From contig CAWEYB010000001.1 in assembly GCA_963813225.1 (NCBI GenBank), forward strand, positions 872,652-936,651: a stretch of 64,000 bases of DNA. Reading direction: 5' to 3'. Below the pieces are notes generated by a model that was not told the origin of the DNA, made no database searches, and worked only from the letters and a program-made list of their open reading frames with translations. The first letter of the stretch is position 1. Each line of letters opens with the position of its first letter. Below are positions 38,165 through 48,279 of this stretch, one piece after another. Position numbers and translations under genes: made by a program. This stretch comes from an uncultured Chloroflexia bacterium. Its GTDB lineage: Bacteria > Chloroflexota > Limnocylindria > Limnocylindrales > CSP1-4.

Positions 38165-39423
38165 GGTTCGACCCTCGTCCGTTGGGGCAGGATCTCCGCG
38201 TAGATCGAGAGCAGATGACGTGCCTCGGTTTCCCAGTTCCAGCGCTCCGCCGCCACTCGGCGGCATCGCGCTCGAAGTGCATCGCGATCCTCAGGGCTCA
38301 GGCGCACGATCGAACTGATCGCCGCCGCGATCGACTCCGCGTGTCTCGGATCGCACACGGCGCCGAATGGGCCTTCAGGGTCGTCGATGACGATCCTCCG
38401 CATGGTGGGAAAGTCGCTGGCGACGACCGGCACGCCGGCCGCGAAACACTCGAAGAGCTTGTTCGGGGTCGAGAAGTAGTCGTTCCGGGTCGCTCCGGGG
38501 TTCGGCATCGCCCCGACGTCGGCGCTCGCCACCCACGACAGCAACGCCGAGGGGGGCACCGGGTCGATGACGTGGATGCGGCCGTTCCAGCGCTCCTCGC
38601 GCGCCACGCCCTCGAATCGGTCGTGCAGGTCGCCGTAGCCCATGAGGACGAGATGGACGTCTTCCAGGCCGTTGACGAGCATCGAATCCACCAACATGTC
38701 GATCCCGCGGCCGGCTGTCAGGCCGCCGTGATAGAGGACGATCGGCGCCCCGTCGGGGATCCCGGCAGCTTCACGGATGAGGTCGGGGCGCGCGGCCGGT
38801 GGCGACCAGCGCTCCGGGCAGTTGTGGACGACCTCGATCCGACGCGGCTTGTAACGGCGAGCAAGGATGCTCGCGATCTCGTCGTTGACCGTGATCACGG
38901 CAAGTGTCCGCGACACGAGACGTCGCTCGTAGACCCTCAGGAGACGGCGCGCCGCCTTCGGTAGCCGCAGGGCCGTGCCGGTCTCGAGGAAGAGCTCGTG
39001 CGAGTCGTAGACGACGGCAGATCGGCGGGGCAGATGCGGGACGATCGCCGCGAGTCCGGTGAGGTCATGCGCGTGCCAGACGTCGACAGGCCCGACCTGG
39101 TCGACCGCGCGTCGTCCCCACGACCGGAGGCCCCGGCCATAGGCGATCAACCACCCGATGCGCTGCACGAGGGCTGCGCGACGGCTCCCGGCGGGCGCGA
39201 AGAATGGGTTCGCGAAGCCCCGACTCACAGACGACCCCGGCTGCTCGACGACGAGGATGTCCACGCCGGGCGGGAGATCCGGAGACGGCCCGTGTGACGC
39301 GAGACAGGCGATGGTGACGTCGTAGCCCGCCTGTGCGAGGGTGCGCGCCTCCTTCCGGACGCGATTGTCGTAGGTCACGTCCCCGTAGAGGGCCATGCCG
39401 ACGCGGGGACGTCGGGCACTCAC
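38161..39423 (-). CDS. glycosyltransferase family 4
   Basis: 420 aa. GTG 39423 overlaps the upstream stop (GTGA). STPNKLFECFAAGVPVVASDFP is the GT-B C-terminal nucleotide-sugar motif. Confidence 0.85.
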   Translation of the reverse strand: MSARRPRVGMALYGDVTYDNRVRKEARTLAQAGYDVTIACLASHGPSPDLPPGVDILVVEQPGSSVSRGFANPFFAPAGSRRAALVQRIGWLIAYGRGLRSWGRRAVDQVGPVDVWHAHDLTGLAAIVPHLPRRSAVVYDSHELFLETGTALRLPKAARRLLRVYERRLVSRTLAVITVNDEIASILARRYKPRRIEVVHNCPERWSPPAARPDLIREAAGIPDGAPIVLYHGGLTAGRGIDMLVDSMLVNGLEDVHLVLMGYGDLHDRFEGVAREERWNGRIHVIDPVPPSALLSWVASADVGAMPNPGATRNDYFSTPNKLFECFAAGVPVVASDFPTMRRIVIDDPEGPFGAVCDPRHAESIAAAISSIVRLSPEDRDALRARCRRVAAERWNWETEARHLLSIYAEILPQRTRVEP

Positions 39424-40277
39424 GCGCGCCGCCGCCGCACAGCAGGGATCTCGAACCGAAGGCCCTCGATCATGCGCTCGAGGTCATCGCGCGCGTTGAT
39501 CCGTCGATCGACGCGCCAGTGTCGCGGGTGGATCAAGACGGAGATGACCGGTTCGCCGGCCCGGATCGATCCGGCTGGATCGCTCGGCACCCAGAACTGG
39601 GGATAGGGCGCGTCGGAATGTCGGCTCGGGAGACGGGAGAGGTACGCCTGGTCATATGTCTCGAGGTCGATGCCGAGCGCGGACCGGAGGTCGGGATCCT
39701 CGAGGATGACCGAGCTCGGCACGCCGAGCCGTCGGTTGACGAAATCACCATGCGCGGCGACGACTCGCATCGGGAGGCCTGTCGCCGAGCGCAGACGCTG
39801 GAGGTTCGTGGCGAACAGCGCCCTCGCCTCGGGCACGTGGTCCAGGGCCTCGGCCCGTGTCCGCAGTCCGCGTCGTTTGGCGACGGTCGCCATCTCTTCG
39901 TAGTGATAGCTGGCTTCGCTTCCGCCGGCGGCGATCGACGCCATGAGCGCGGGTGCCATGGTGGAAAGCCGGAAGAAGTACGAGCTCTCGACACCGAGCT
40001 CGCGATCGATCTGCCACATCGCCGCCGCGGTCCGCGGGTCGGTGTCGACGTCATGTCGGAGCACGAGATGGCGTCGCGCCGGATCCAGTCCGCCGCGCTC
40101 GATGAGCCCCCACAGCCCCGCCACCGAATGGATCCGATACCCGGCAGCGAGCGCCGACGACACGAGCTGCCGGTACAGCCCCAGGCGGGAGTCCATCAGG
40201 AAATCGCTGTGGAGCCGGTCGACCAGGCGACGCAGCACTGCCGGCATGTCACCCCCCAACGGATCGACCCCCGACAC
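39420..40277 (-). CDS. polysaccharide deacetylase-like (NodB-fold) protein, putative
   Basis: 285 aa. LVLRHDVDTD (metal/catalytic Asp pair context), HGDFVN. The assignment is tentative. Confidence 0.45.
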   Translation of the reverse strand: MSGVDPLGGDMPAVLRRLVDRLHSDFLMDSRLGLYRQLVSSALAAGYRIHSVAGLWGLIERGGLDPARRHLVLRHDVDTDPRTAAAMWQIDRELGVESSYFFRLSTMAPALMASIAAGGSEASYHYEEMATVAKRRGLRTRAEALDHVPEARALFATNLQRLRSATGLPMRVVAAHGDFVNRRLGVPSSVILEDPDLRSALGIDLETYDQAYLSRLPSRHSDAPYPQFWVPSDPAGSIRAGEPVISVLIHPRHWRVDRRINARDDLERMIEGLRFEIPAVRRRRA

Positions 40278-40388
40278 GGACGGCCGGATCCAGGGCCCAC
40301 CCGATCCCGCCAGGACGTCGGCGGGAGGGCGGCATTCTACACGCCCCGGATCGCCTGGCCCGCCGTGCGTCCAGGGCCGACGGAGCGT

Positions 40389-40976
40389 TCAGCCGAGCAC
40401 CGTTCGAACGGTGCGGACGAGGATCTCGATGTCCAGCTTCGTCGACCTCCGGTCCAGGTACTCGGCGTCCAGCCGCAGCTTGGCCGGGAGGATCTCCTCC
40501 CGGTAGCGGCGTTCGGCGTCGGGTCCGACCAGGTGTCGGGCCTCGTCGTGGAACGCCAGCTGGGCGAGCCCCGTGATGCCGGGGCGCGCCGAGAAGACGC
40601 GGCGGTGGAGTGGATCGGCCAGGTCGACATAGGCGGGATCCTCCGGGCGCGGTCCGACGAGCGACATCTCTCCGCGGACGACATTGACCAGCTGCGGCAG
40701 CTCGTCGATGCGATATCGCCGGAGCAGGCGTCCGAGGCGCGTGACCCGCGGATCCGCCGACGTCGTCACGCCCAGCCCGCCGGCGTCCACGACCATCGTC
40801 CGCACCTTGAGGACCGTGATCATCCGGGTCCCTTCGCCGACGCGCCGGGCGCGATACAGGATGGGTCCGCGATCCCCGGACAGACGCATGAACAGGGCGA
40901 TGCCGGCCAGGATCGGCGCCGCGACCACGAGCGCGAGCGAGCCGAGCGTCACGTCGAGAGCGCGCTTCGAATCCAC
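40389..40976 (-). CDS. undecaprenyl-phosphate sugar phosphotransferase (small bacterial sugar transferase, priming enzyme)
   Basis: 195 aa with one N-terminal TM segment. ILYRARRVGEG, RIDELPQLVNVVRGEMSLVGPRP, PGITGLAQL. Confidence 0.9.
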   Translation of the reverse strand: MDSKRALDVTLGSLALVVAAPILAGIALFMRLSGDRGPILYRARRVGEGTRMITVLKVRTMVVDAGGLGVTTSADPRVTRLGRLLRRYRIDELPQLVNVVRGEMSLVGPRPEDPAYVDLADPLHRRVFSARPGITGLAQLAFHDEARHLVGPDAERRYREEILPAKLRLDAEYLDRRSTKLDIEILVRTVRTVLG

Positions 40977-41061
40977 GTCCGTCCTCAGGCCCGAAGCCGA
41001 CGGTCAGGCGCGGATCGCACGCACGATCGGGCTCGCGAGAGCGCCCGGACGGTCGAGCCGG

Positions 41062-42657
41062 CTATCGCGACGCGTCGGGCACGGCCGACGGTCCCGCTGC
41101 CGCGTCGTCGAATCGCCCGTAGCCCCCGTAGTAGGGAGACCGATCCGAGGCGCGCGTCGGAACGCGGTTGAGGACCGCTCCGAGGACGTTGGCACCGGCC
41201 TTGGACAGCGCCTCCCGGGCCGGTCGGATGACCCGACGCCTGCTGCGCTGCGCGTCGATCACGAACAGCGATGCATCGAGGAACGACGCCAGGATGGCCG
41301 CGTCGGCGACGGCCTGGAGTGGGGGGCTGTCGAAGATGACCAGGTCCTCGGTGCTCTTGAGGAGGTCGACCACCGTCCGCATCCGCTGTGAACCCGCCAG
41401 TTCGGCCGGGTTGGGTGGCAGGGGTCCGGTGGTCAGGACCCGCAGGTTCTCCTGCTCGGTCGGCTGGACGACCGAATCGAGGCCGATATCGGCACTGCGC
41501 AACAGGGTCGTCAGACCGTGGGCGTTCGGCAGGTCGAAGATGATGTGGACGCCCGGCTTGCGCAGGTCGGCGTCGACGAGGAGGACCCGCCGGCCCGCCT
41601 GTGCGAAGACGACAGCGAGATTGGCCGCGGTCACGGTCTTGCCCTCACCCGACACCGCACTGGTCACCAGGAGGGTCCGGATCGGCGTGTCGATGGCGGA
41701 GAACTCGACATTCGTCCGAAGCGTCCGATAGGCCTCCGCGACACCCGAGCGCGGATACAGCAGGGCGGCCAGCTGGTACATCTCGCTGCTGCTGCGGTTG
41801 CCCTTCATGCGCGAGATCACGCCCAGGGTGCTCAGGCCGGCGGCATCCATCACCGCGTCGGTGTCCCTCACGCCGTCGTACAGCAGCTCGAGCAGGGCGA
41901 TCGCACCGGCGATCAGGAGCAGGCCGAGGACCGCCCCGAGGGCCGTGTTCTGGACCCGGTTCGGCGAGATGGGCGCGGTCGCGGGGACCGCTGGCTCGAT
42001 GACCGTCAGCAGGTTGGAGGCGTTGCCGGACGACAGCGAGAGGAGAGATGCGAGGGTCGACCGAAGGCTCGCGAGCCTGCTTTCGAGGGCATCGAGATCG
42101 GAATCCTGCTTGGGCGTCCGGTCGGTCGCGCCGGTCAGGGCCGCGACTTGCGCCTGGGTCGTCGCGATCTGGTCCTGCGTGTCCTTCACATCGGCATCGA
42201 TCGACGACTGGATCGAGGCCTCGCGGCCCTGGATCGCAGGCGAGGCCGAGATGAGCTGCTGGGCCAGCGAGTTCGCGATGGCCGCCGCCTGAGCCGGATC
42301 GGCGTCCTGGGCGGAGATCGTCAGGAGCGTGCTGTCCAGCGGCGCGTCGGCCCTGACCCGCTTCGCAAGGTCATCGGAGGTCACATCGAGCCCCAGCTCC
42401 TTGATCGTCGCATCGAGGATCGGCCGCTTCGTCGCGACCGTGGCGTAGGTCGTCGACAGGCGCTGGGACACGAGCAGCTGGTTGATGTCCGGGTTCGCCA
42501 CCGACAGCGATTGACCGACGATCAGAGTCGCCCTCGCCTCGTATGTCTTGGGCAGCAGGCTACTGAACGCGAACGCGATGCCGCCCGCCAGCACGACGGT
42601 GATCACGAGCAGGGGAAGCCACGGTCGGATGATGGCGATCTGACGCCGAAGGTCCAC
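41062..42657 (-). CDS. polysaccharide co-polymerase (Wzz domain) fused to BY-kinase
   Basis: 531 aa. The N-terminal TM + Wzz region has coiled-coil sequence. Walker A is SAVSGEGKTVTAANLA, A' is LLVDADLRKP and B is LVIFDSPP. C-terminal Tyr cluster YYGGY. Confidence 0.85.
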   Translation of the reverse strand: MDLRRQIAIIRPWLPLLVITVVLAGGIAFAFSSLLPKTYEARATLIVGQSLSVANPDINQLLVSQRLSTTYATVATKRPILDATIKELGLDVTSDDLAKRVRADAPLDSTLLTISAQDADPAQAAAIANSLAQQLISASPAIQGREASIQSSIDADVKDTQDQIATTQAQVAALTGATDRTPKQDSDLDALESRLASLRSTLASLLSLSSGNASNLLTVIEPAVPATAPISPNRVQNTALGAVLGLLLIAGAIALLELLYDGVRDTDAVMDAAGLSTLGVISRMKGNRSSSEMYQLAALLYPRSGVAEAYRTLRTNVEFSAIDTPIRTLLVTSAVSGEGKTVTAANLAVVFAQAGRRVLLVDADLRKPGVHIIFDLPNAHGLTTLLRSADIGLDSVVQPTEQENLRVLTTGPLPPNPAELAGSQRMRTVVDLLKSTEDLVIFDSPPLQAVADAAILASFLDASLFVIDAQRSRRRVIRPAREALSKAGANVLGAVLNRVPTRASDRSPYYGGYGRFDDAAAGPSAVPDASR

Positions 42658-42768
42658 GGTCTTTCACTCTTGTAAGCCTCGGGCCCAGGACGTTCCGCGA
42701 GCAATGATCGGCGGTAGGGATCCGAAGGCGTGAATAATCGACCAGGCGCCCAAGACCGTCAACCGGAC

Positions 42769-43275
42769 CTATCTGCTCCCTCTCGGCCCTGCCCGCTGCG
42801 CCCCGGTGACGTCCCCTGGAAGGCGATCGATCGGGATCAGCAGTCGAGCGCCGTCCTTGACGGCGACGTGCGGATCGAGGTGGTTCGTCGCCACGATCTG
42901 CTCGATCGTCAACCCGTAGGCCGCGGCGATCCGGGCCAGCGAGTCACCGGTCCGAAAGACATAGATCACGGTCGTGGCGGTGTCAGCGATCGGGGTTGCG
43001 CTGGCCGAACCGGCCGCTACACCTCCGGCCTGCCGGGATCCCTGTTGGTCGGCGGTCGCTACCGGGCGCTGCGATGCGACATACCGATCGCACGTGACGT
43101 ATCCGGGACCGAGGCAGAACGTCTGCTGGCGGACGAGGTCGGTCGCCTGCGGACGGCTGGTCGCGAAGCAGCGATGGGCCGGGTGCGGGTAGGTGAAATG
43201 GCTTCGACGATCGTCCACGAGCCCGAGGAGAGAGCAGGCGGTGGCATCCGATTCGTCGACCTCGAGGGGGGTCAT
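42769..43275 (-). CDS. LysM-domain protein with N-terminal four-Cys module
   Basis: 168 aa. The C-terminal LysM reads IYVFRTGDSLARIAAAYGLTIEQIVATNHL. The N-terminus reads CSLLGLVDDRRSHFTYPHPAHRC...FCLGPGYVTC. Confidence 0.7.
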   Translation of the reverse strand: MTPLEVDESDATACSLLGLVDDRRSHFTYPHPAHRCFATSRPQATDLVRQQTFCLGPGYVTCDRYVASQRPVATADQQGSRQAGGVAAGSASATPIADTATTVIYVFRTGDSLARIAAAYGLTIEQIVATNHLDPHVAVKDGARLLIPIDRLPGDVTGAQRAGPRGSR

Positions 43276-43353
43276 TCGCTTCCATGATAGCCTTTCCCGC
43301 TTGTCAACCCCTCGATGTCGATCTCTTCCTCGCTCCTACCGCGGTGATCCCAG
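43276..43353. promoter_or_regulatory. 78-bp divergent intergenic region between the two polysaccharide operons
   Basis: It separates the LysM gene (minus) and the GT2 gene (plus). On the minus strand TTGACA-12nt-TATCAT ends 8 nt before the LysM ATG, so a short-leader or leaderless transcript is possible. No experimental support. Confidence 0.35.
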
Positions 43354-44415
43354 ATGCCCGGCCTGGTCAGCGTCATCATCCCCACTTTCGATCGGCGGCA
43401 GACGCTCCGCGTAGCGGTCGAAAGCGTGCTCTCCCAGAGTCACCGCGAGGTGGAGGTCATCGTCGTCGATGACGGCTCGAGCGACGGCACCCGCGAGCTC
43501 ATGACGCAGGGTTTCGATGACCCGCGCGTTCGCTACCATTTCCAGGCCAACGCCGGTGCCTCATCGGCGCGCAACGCAGGGCTCGATCTCGCGACCGGGC
43601 CGTTCATCGCCTTCCTGGACTCTGACGACGCATGGGCGCCCTGGCACCTCAGCTTGCTGCTGGCCGGCTTCGATCGATACCCCGACGCAGGGATGATCTG
43701 GACCGACACGGCGTTCGTCGACGACCAGGGAACCGTCGTCCCGTCGTCAGGCTTGACGGATCTCTTCTCTGCGTACAGCTACTTCACGCTCGACGAGCTC
43801 TTCTCGAGCTCCGTGCCGCTGTCGGATCTGGGGATCGATCTCCCGCTCTCGTCGCAGGATCATCGACTGTACGTCGGTGACGTCTTCTCGCCCATGATCA
43901 TGGGCAACCTCGTCCTCACGTCGTCCGTGGTCATGCGCCGGGAGCGCGCAACGGAGGCGGGACGGTTCGATGAGCGGCTGTCGGTCGGCGAGGACTACGA
44001 CTTCTTCCTGCGCGCGTGTCGGGCCGGGCCGGTCGCCTACGCAGACATCGCGGATGTCCGCTATCGGACGGGCACGACCGACAAGCTCGGTGGCCCGGGC
44101 ATGGCACTCGCCATGGCTCGAGCGTATCTGAAAGTCCTCGATGCAACGCTTGCTCGCGATTCCGAACGGATCACCCTCGGATCCGCGATGATCATCACGG
44201 CTCGGGTGCACGCGCACCGATGGGTCGGCGAGCTCGAGCTCCTGATCGGCTCAAGACGTGTCGCGCGCGCCCATCTGGCGACGGCCCTTCGACTCCGGCG
44301 ACGCCAGCCTGCGGTCCTCGGGCTGTTCGCTCTCACATTCCTGCCGCATCGCGTCTTGCGGAGCATGGTGCGGTTGCGTCGGCGCATCCTGGCTCGGCCC
44401 CGCCCCGGGATGTGA
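43354..44415 (+). CDS. glycosyltransferase family 2
   Basis: 353 aa. VSVIIPTFDR, VVDDGSSDGT, FLDSDD (DxD). Confidence 0.85.
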   Translation: MPGLVSVIIPTFDRRQTLRVAVESVLSQSHREVEVIVVDDGSSDGTRELMTQGFDDPRVRYHFQANAGASSARNAGLDLATGPFIAFLDSDDAWAPWHLSLLLAGFDRYPDAGMIWTDTAFVDDQGTVVPSSGLTDLFSAYSYFTLDELFSSSVPLSDLGIDLPLSSQDHRLYVGDVFSPMIMGNLVLTSSVVMRRERATEAGRFDERLSVGEDYDFFLRACRAGPVAYADIADVRYRTGTTDKLGGPGMALAMARAYLKVLDATLARDSERITLGSAMIITARVHAHRWVGELELLIGSRRVARAHLATALRLRRRQPAVLGLFALTFLPHRVLRSMVRLRRRILARPRPGM

Positions 44416-44523
44416 GGACACCCGACGGCCTCCGATCACCCTACCGTCAAGAAGACCGTGAGCCTCGAGGAAGGAGTCGGACCTGATCCAGACGATCGGC
44501 GAGACGCGGAGCCCAGCGGCACC

Positions 44524-45780
44524 ATGAAGCCATCCGACGCCTCCGGACGCCCCGGCTCTTCGCCGTTCGTCGTGTGGTTCGTGAACCAGTACGCCGGCTC
44601 TCCTCGCCACGGGATGGAGTTCCGCCACTATGAGCTGGGGCGCGAGCTGGTGGGACTCGGCATGACTGTCGTGGTGATCTCGGGGTCCTACTCCCACCTG
44701 TTCACTCGACGGCCGGCGGTCACGGGCGCTTACACGATCGAGGACGTCGATGGCCTGACCTACTGCTGGGTTCGCGTTCCAGCCTATCGTCGATCCTTCA
44801 GCCTCGGACGCGTCTACAACATGGTCGTCTTCATGCTCCGCCTCTACCGCCTGCCGATGAAGCGCCTCCCGCCGCCTGACGCCATCGTCGTGTCGTCGCC
44901 TTCGCTGTTCCCGATCCTTCCAGCGCGACGATGGGCGCGACGGAACCGCAGCCGCCTGGTCTTCGAGGTCCGTGACATCTGGCCGCGCACCTTGGAGGAC
45001 CTGGGCGGACTGTCGCGCCGGCATCCGCTGGTGGCGGTGATGAGCTGGTTCGAGAGGTATGCCTATCGTGTCGCCGACGTCGTCGTCTCTGTCCTTCCGA
45101 CAGCAGGCCCGCATTACGTCTCGCGCGGGATGGAACCGTCGAAGCTGCGAGTCATCCCGAACGGGGCCAGTCCCGATGCGCTTCGTGAGCCGACGACCCC
45201 TGCGCCACCGCTCGTCCATGCAGCGGCGATCGCAAACGACTTCACGGTCGGGTTCGTCGGGACGCTGGGGGTCGCGGCCGGGCTCGAGGCCCTGATCGGC
45301 GCCGCCCGGATCCTTGCCGATGACGATGTCGGGTTCGTGATCGTCGGGCAGGGATCCGAGGAGGAGCGCTTCAGGGCCCTGGCGGCGGGCCTGCCGAATG
45401 TGACCTTCGTGGGAGCCATCCCAAAGCCCGACGTGCCGGCGGCGTTGCGCGAGTTCGACGTTTGCTACATCGGCTACCACGCCAGTCCGCTCTGGCAATA
45501 CGGGATCTCGCCGAACAAGGTCTTCGACTATCTCGCTGCATCGCGGCCGGTCATCCTCGCGGCCAACATGGTCGACGATTGGCTGCTCGATGCCGAGTGC
45601 GGGATGACCGTCCCCCCGGACGATCCCGTCGCCCTGGCCGACGCGATCCGGTCACTGAAGGCCCTGACGGAGGCCGATCGCGCCAGGCTTGGCGAGAACG
45701 GACGAGCGTATGTCGAGCGCGAGCACACCTATGCCCGTCTCGCCCGACGCTATCTGCAGATCCTGACCGGGGCGGATTGA
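44524..45780 (+). CDS. glycosyltransferase family 4 (WcaI-like)
   Basis: ATG 44524 gives MKPSDASGRPGSSPFVVWFVNQYAGSPRHGMEFRHYELGRELVGLGMTVVVISG. The C-terminal GT-B motif is NKVFDYLAASRPVILA. The listed ORF starts at 44458. Confidence 0.8.
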   Translation: MKPSDASGRPGSSPFVVWFVNQYAGSPRHGMEFRHYELGRELVGLGMTVVVISGSYSHLFTRRPAVTGAYTIEDVDGLTYCWVRVPAYRRSFSLGRVYNMVVFMLRLYRLPMKRLPPPDAIVVSSPSLFPILPARRWARRNRSRLVFEVRDIWPRTLEDLGGLSRRHPLVAVMSWFERYAYRVADVVVSVLPTAGPHYVSRGMEPSKLRVIPNGASPDALREPTTPAPPLVHAAAIANDFTVGFVGTLGVAAGLEALIGAARILADDDVGFVIVGQGSEEERFRALAAGLPNVTFVGAIPKPDVPAALREFDVCYIGYHASPLWQYGISPNKVFDYLAASRPVILAANMVDDWLLDAECGMTVPPDDPVALADAIRSLKALTEADRARLGENGRAYVEREHTYARLARRYLQILTGAD

Positions 45781-46946
45781 GCACCATCGACGCTGCCGAC
45801 ACCTTCCGTTCGAGGATCGGCGACACCATCGGGGTCCCGTCGGAGCGCGTGAGCTTGTTCGCCAAGGGCCGGGTCGCGTTGTACGCGATCCTCCGAGCGC
45901 TCGACGTCGGGCCGGGCGACGAGGTGATCCTGCCTGCGTTCACATGCGTCGCCGTGCCGAACGCGATCCTCTACGTCGGCGCTCGACCGATCTACGTCGA
46001 TATCGACCCGACGACGTACACGATCGACCCATCGGCCACCGAAGCTGCCGTCAGCCCTAGGACGAAGATCATCCTCGCCCAGAACACGTTCGGTCTCTCG
46101 GCTGACCTGGACAGCCTCGAAGCGATCGCCGCGCAGCGCGGACTGACGGTGGTGGACGACTGCACCCATGGCTTGGGCGGGCAGTACCACGGGCACCCGA
46201 ACGGTTCGACGGCGGCGGCTTCCTTCTTTTCCACTCAGTGGAGCAAGCCTCTGTCGACCGGGCTCGGCGGGTTCGCCGTCGCCCGTGATGGCGACACGGC
46301 GGCGCGACTTCGTCGTCTCGAGGAGGCCGCCAAGGAGCCGACCGCCGTCCGGGTCTCCATCCTGAGGGCTCTTGTCGCCGCGGAAGAGCATGCGGGCCAC
46401 GGACGGCTGTTGCGAGCCGGTCGGTCAGCCTATCGGCGGGCCAGTCGGCTCGGGCTCGTTCCCGCATCGTCGGAAGGCCAGGAGCTCGGCGGCATCGAGA
46501 TGCCCGACGGCTTCCTGGCCGGCCTGTCGGACTGGCAGGCGAAGCGGGGGGCCGACCGCATCGGGCGCCTGGGACCCGACGTCGCCCGCCGTCGAGCGAT
46601 CGCGGATCGGTATTCGACCTGGCTGCGCGACCACGACCGGACGCCCGCCGCCGAACCCGCGAGCGCCACGCATTCGTTCCTCCGGTATCCGCTGCGGGTC
46701 CGTGACAAGAGCGGCTTCGCCGCCGCCGCCGACCGCGCCGGGATCAACCTCGGCGACTGGTTCGTCTCGCCGTTGCACCCGATCACCACGGGACTCGAGC
46801 GGTGGGGCTACACCACCGGTTCGGCCCCGGTCGCGGAGGCCGCCTGCTCCGAGATCGTCAACCTGCCCACCGAGCCGGGACTGTCCGACGATGACGTCGC
46901 CGGGGTCCTGCGGTTCCTGGGATCCAGGGTCGATAGCCTCCGCTGA
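45777..46946 (+). CDS. DegT/DnrJ/EryC1/StrS-family sugar aminotransferase (divergent)
   Basis: TTG 45777 overlaps the upstream stop (TTGA). GDEVILPAFTCVAVPNAILYVGARPIYVDID. The candidate PLP Lys is in FSTQWSKPLSTGLGG. Confidence 0.75.
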   Translation: MSTIDAADTFRSRIGDTIGVPSERVSLFAKGRVALYAILRALDVGPGDEVILPAFTCVAVPNAILYVGARPIYVDIDPTTYTIDPSATEAAVSPRTKIILAQNTFGLSADLDSLEAIAAQRGLTVVDDCTHGLGGQYHGHPNGSTAAASFFSTQWSKPLSTGLGGFAVARDGDTAARLRRLEEAAKEPTAVRVSILRALVAAEEHAGHGRLLRAGRSAYRRASRLGLVPASSEGQELGGIEMPDGFLAGLSDWQAKRGADRIGRLGPDVARRRAIADRYSTWLRDHDRTPAAEPASATHSFLRYPLRVRDKSGFAAAADRAGINLGDWFVSPLHPITTGLERWGYTTGSAPVAEAACSEIVNLPTEPGLSDDDVAGVLRFLGSRVDSLR

Positions 46947-47001
46947 TCATCGGGGCCGGTCTGCGGACCCGCGCGCGCCCGGTCATGTACCGTAGCCCGA
47001 C

Positions 47002-48219
47002 TTGCGTCATCCGCGCGCTGGGGGTCTCGCGTTGGCAGAGCATTCGACCGACTTCCTCCCCTTCGCCCGCCCGTCGATCACGGAGCGGGAGAAGCAGGCC
47101 GTCCTCGACGTCCTCGATTCCGGCTGGCTGACCACGGGAGCGGTCTCGAAGACCTTCGAGGAGCGGTTTGCGGCGACCGTCGGATCGGGGCATGCGATCG
47201 CGCTCAACTCGGCGACGGCGGCCCTGCATCTGGCCCTGGAAGCGATGAACGTCGGCCCCGACGATGAGGTCCTCGTCCCGACCTGGACGTTCGCCGCCAG
47301 CGCCGAGGTCGTCGCCTATCGGGGCGCACGACCGGTCCTCGTGGATATCGACGCGGCCACGTTGAACGCGACCCCTGACGCCATGCTGGCCGCGGTCACG
47401 CCGCGCACCAAGGCCGCCGTGGTCGTCCACGTCGCCGGGCGGCCGGTCGAGATCGAACGACTGGTCACCGTGCTCGAGCCCCGCGGCGTCGGGATCGTCG
47501 AGGACGCGGCCCACGCGTTCCCGAGTCGGATCGGCGGTCCCGACGGTCGATACGCCGGAACGTTCGGCGCTGTCGGCGCCTACTCGTTCTATGCGACGAA
47601 GACGATCACGACCGGCGAAGGCGGGATGCTGGTGACCGACGACCCGGCCATCGCCGATCGCGCCCGGCTGATGTCGCTGCACGGGATCTCCCGGACCGCC
47701 TGGAACCGGTACGCAGCGAGCGGCTCGTGGTACTACGAGATCGAGGACGTCGGCTACAAGTACAACATGACCGACATCGCGGCGGCGCTCGGCCTGGTCC
47801 AGCTGGAGCGCGCAGAGGAGCTCCTTCGTGCTCGCCAGGTCCTTGCTCGGCGGTATACCGCGTGTCTGGGCGCGTCGAGTGTCGCGGACCTGATCGAGAC
47901 CCCGCTCGACGCCCCGGACGGATCCCACGCCTGGCACCTGTACGTCATCCGCCTCGATCTCGGGCGGTCGCGGATCGGTCGAGGCGAGGTCATCGACCGG
48001 CTCAAGGACCTCGGGATCGGGGCCAGCGTCCATTTCATCCCGCTGCACCTTCACCCGTACTACCGACAGCGCTGGGGATATCGCCCGGAAGACCTCCCGG
48101 TCGCGACCGCGGAGTACGAGCGGGTCATCTCGCTCCCGCTCTGGCCCGGCATGGCGGATTCGGATGTCGACAGGGTGGTGGCGGGCCTTGAGGTCATCCT
48201 CGGTTCGGCCCGACGCTGA
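47002..48219 (+). CDS. DegT/DnrJ/EryC1/StrS-family sugar aminotransferase
   Basis: FLPFARPSITEREKQAVLDVLDSGWLTTG, DDEVLVPTWTFAASAEVV, PLP Lys in SFYATKTITTGEGG. The start is TTG 47002 or TTG 47032. Confidence 0.85.
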   Translation: MRHPRAGGLALAEHSTDFLPFARPSITEREKQAVLDVLDSGWLTTGAVSKTFEERFAATVGSGHAIALNSATAALHLALEAMNVGPDDEVLVPTWTFAASAEVVAYRGARPVLVDIDAATLNATPDAMLAAVTPRTKAAVVVHVAGRPVEIERLVTVLEPRGVGIVEDAAHAFPSRIGGPDGRYAGTFGAVGAYSFYATKTITTGEGGMLVTDDPAIADRARLMSLHGISRTAWNRYAASGSWYYEIEDVGYKYNMTDIAAALGLVQLERAEELLRARQVLARRYTACLGASSVADLIETPLDAPDGSHAWHLYVIRLDLGRSRIGRGEVIDRLKDLGIGASVHFIPLHLHPYYRQRWGYRPEDLPVATAEYERVISLPLWPGMADSDVDRVVAGLEVILGSARR

Positions 48220-48279
48220 CGGCGTCCCGGCGCGGCATGACGTCCACGTCCGGACGACCTCGGCAGTGAACGCGCCGCG

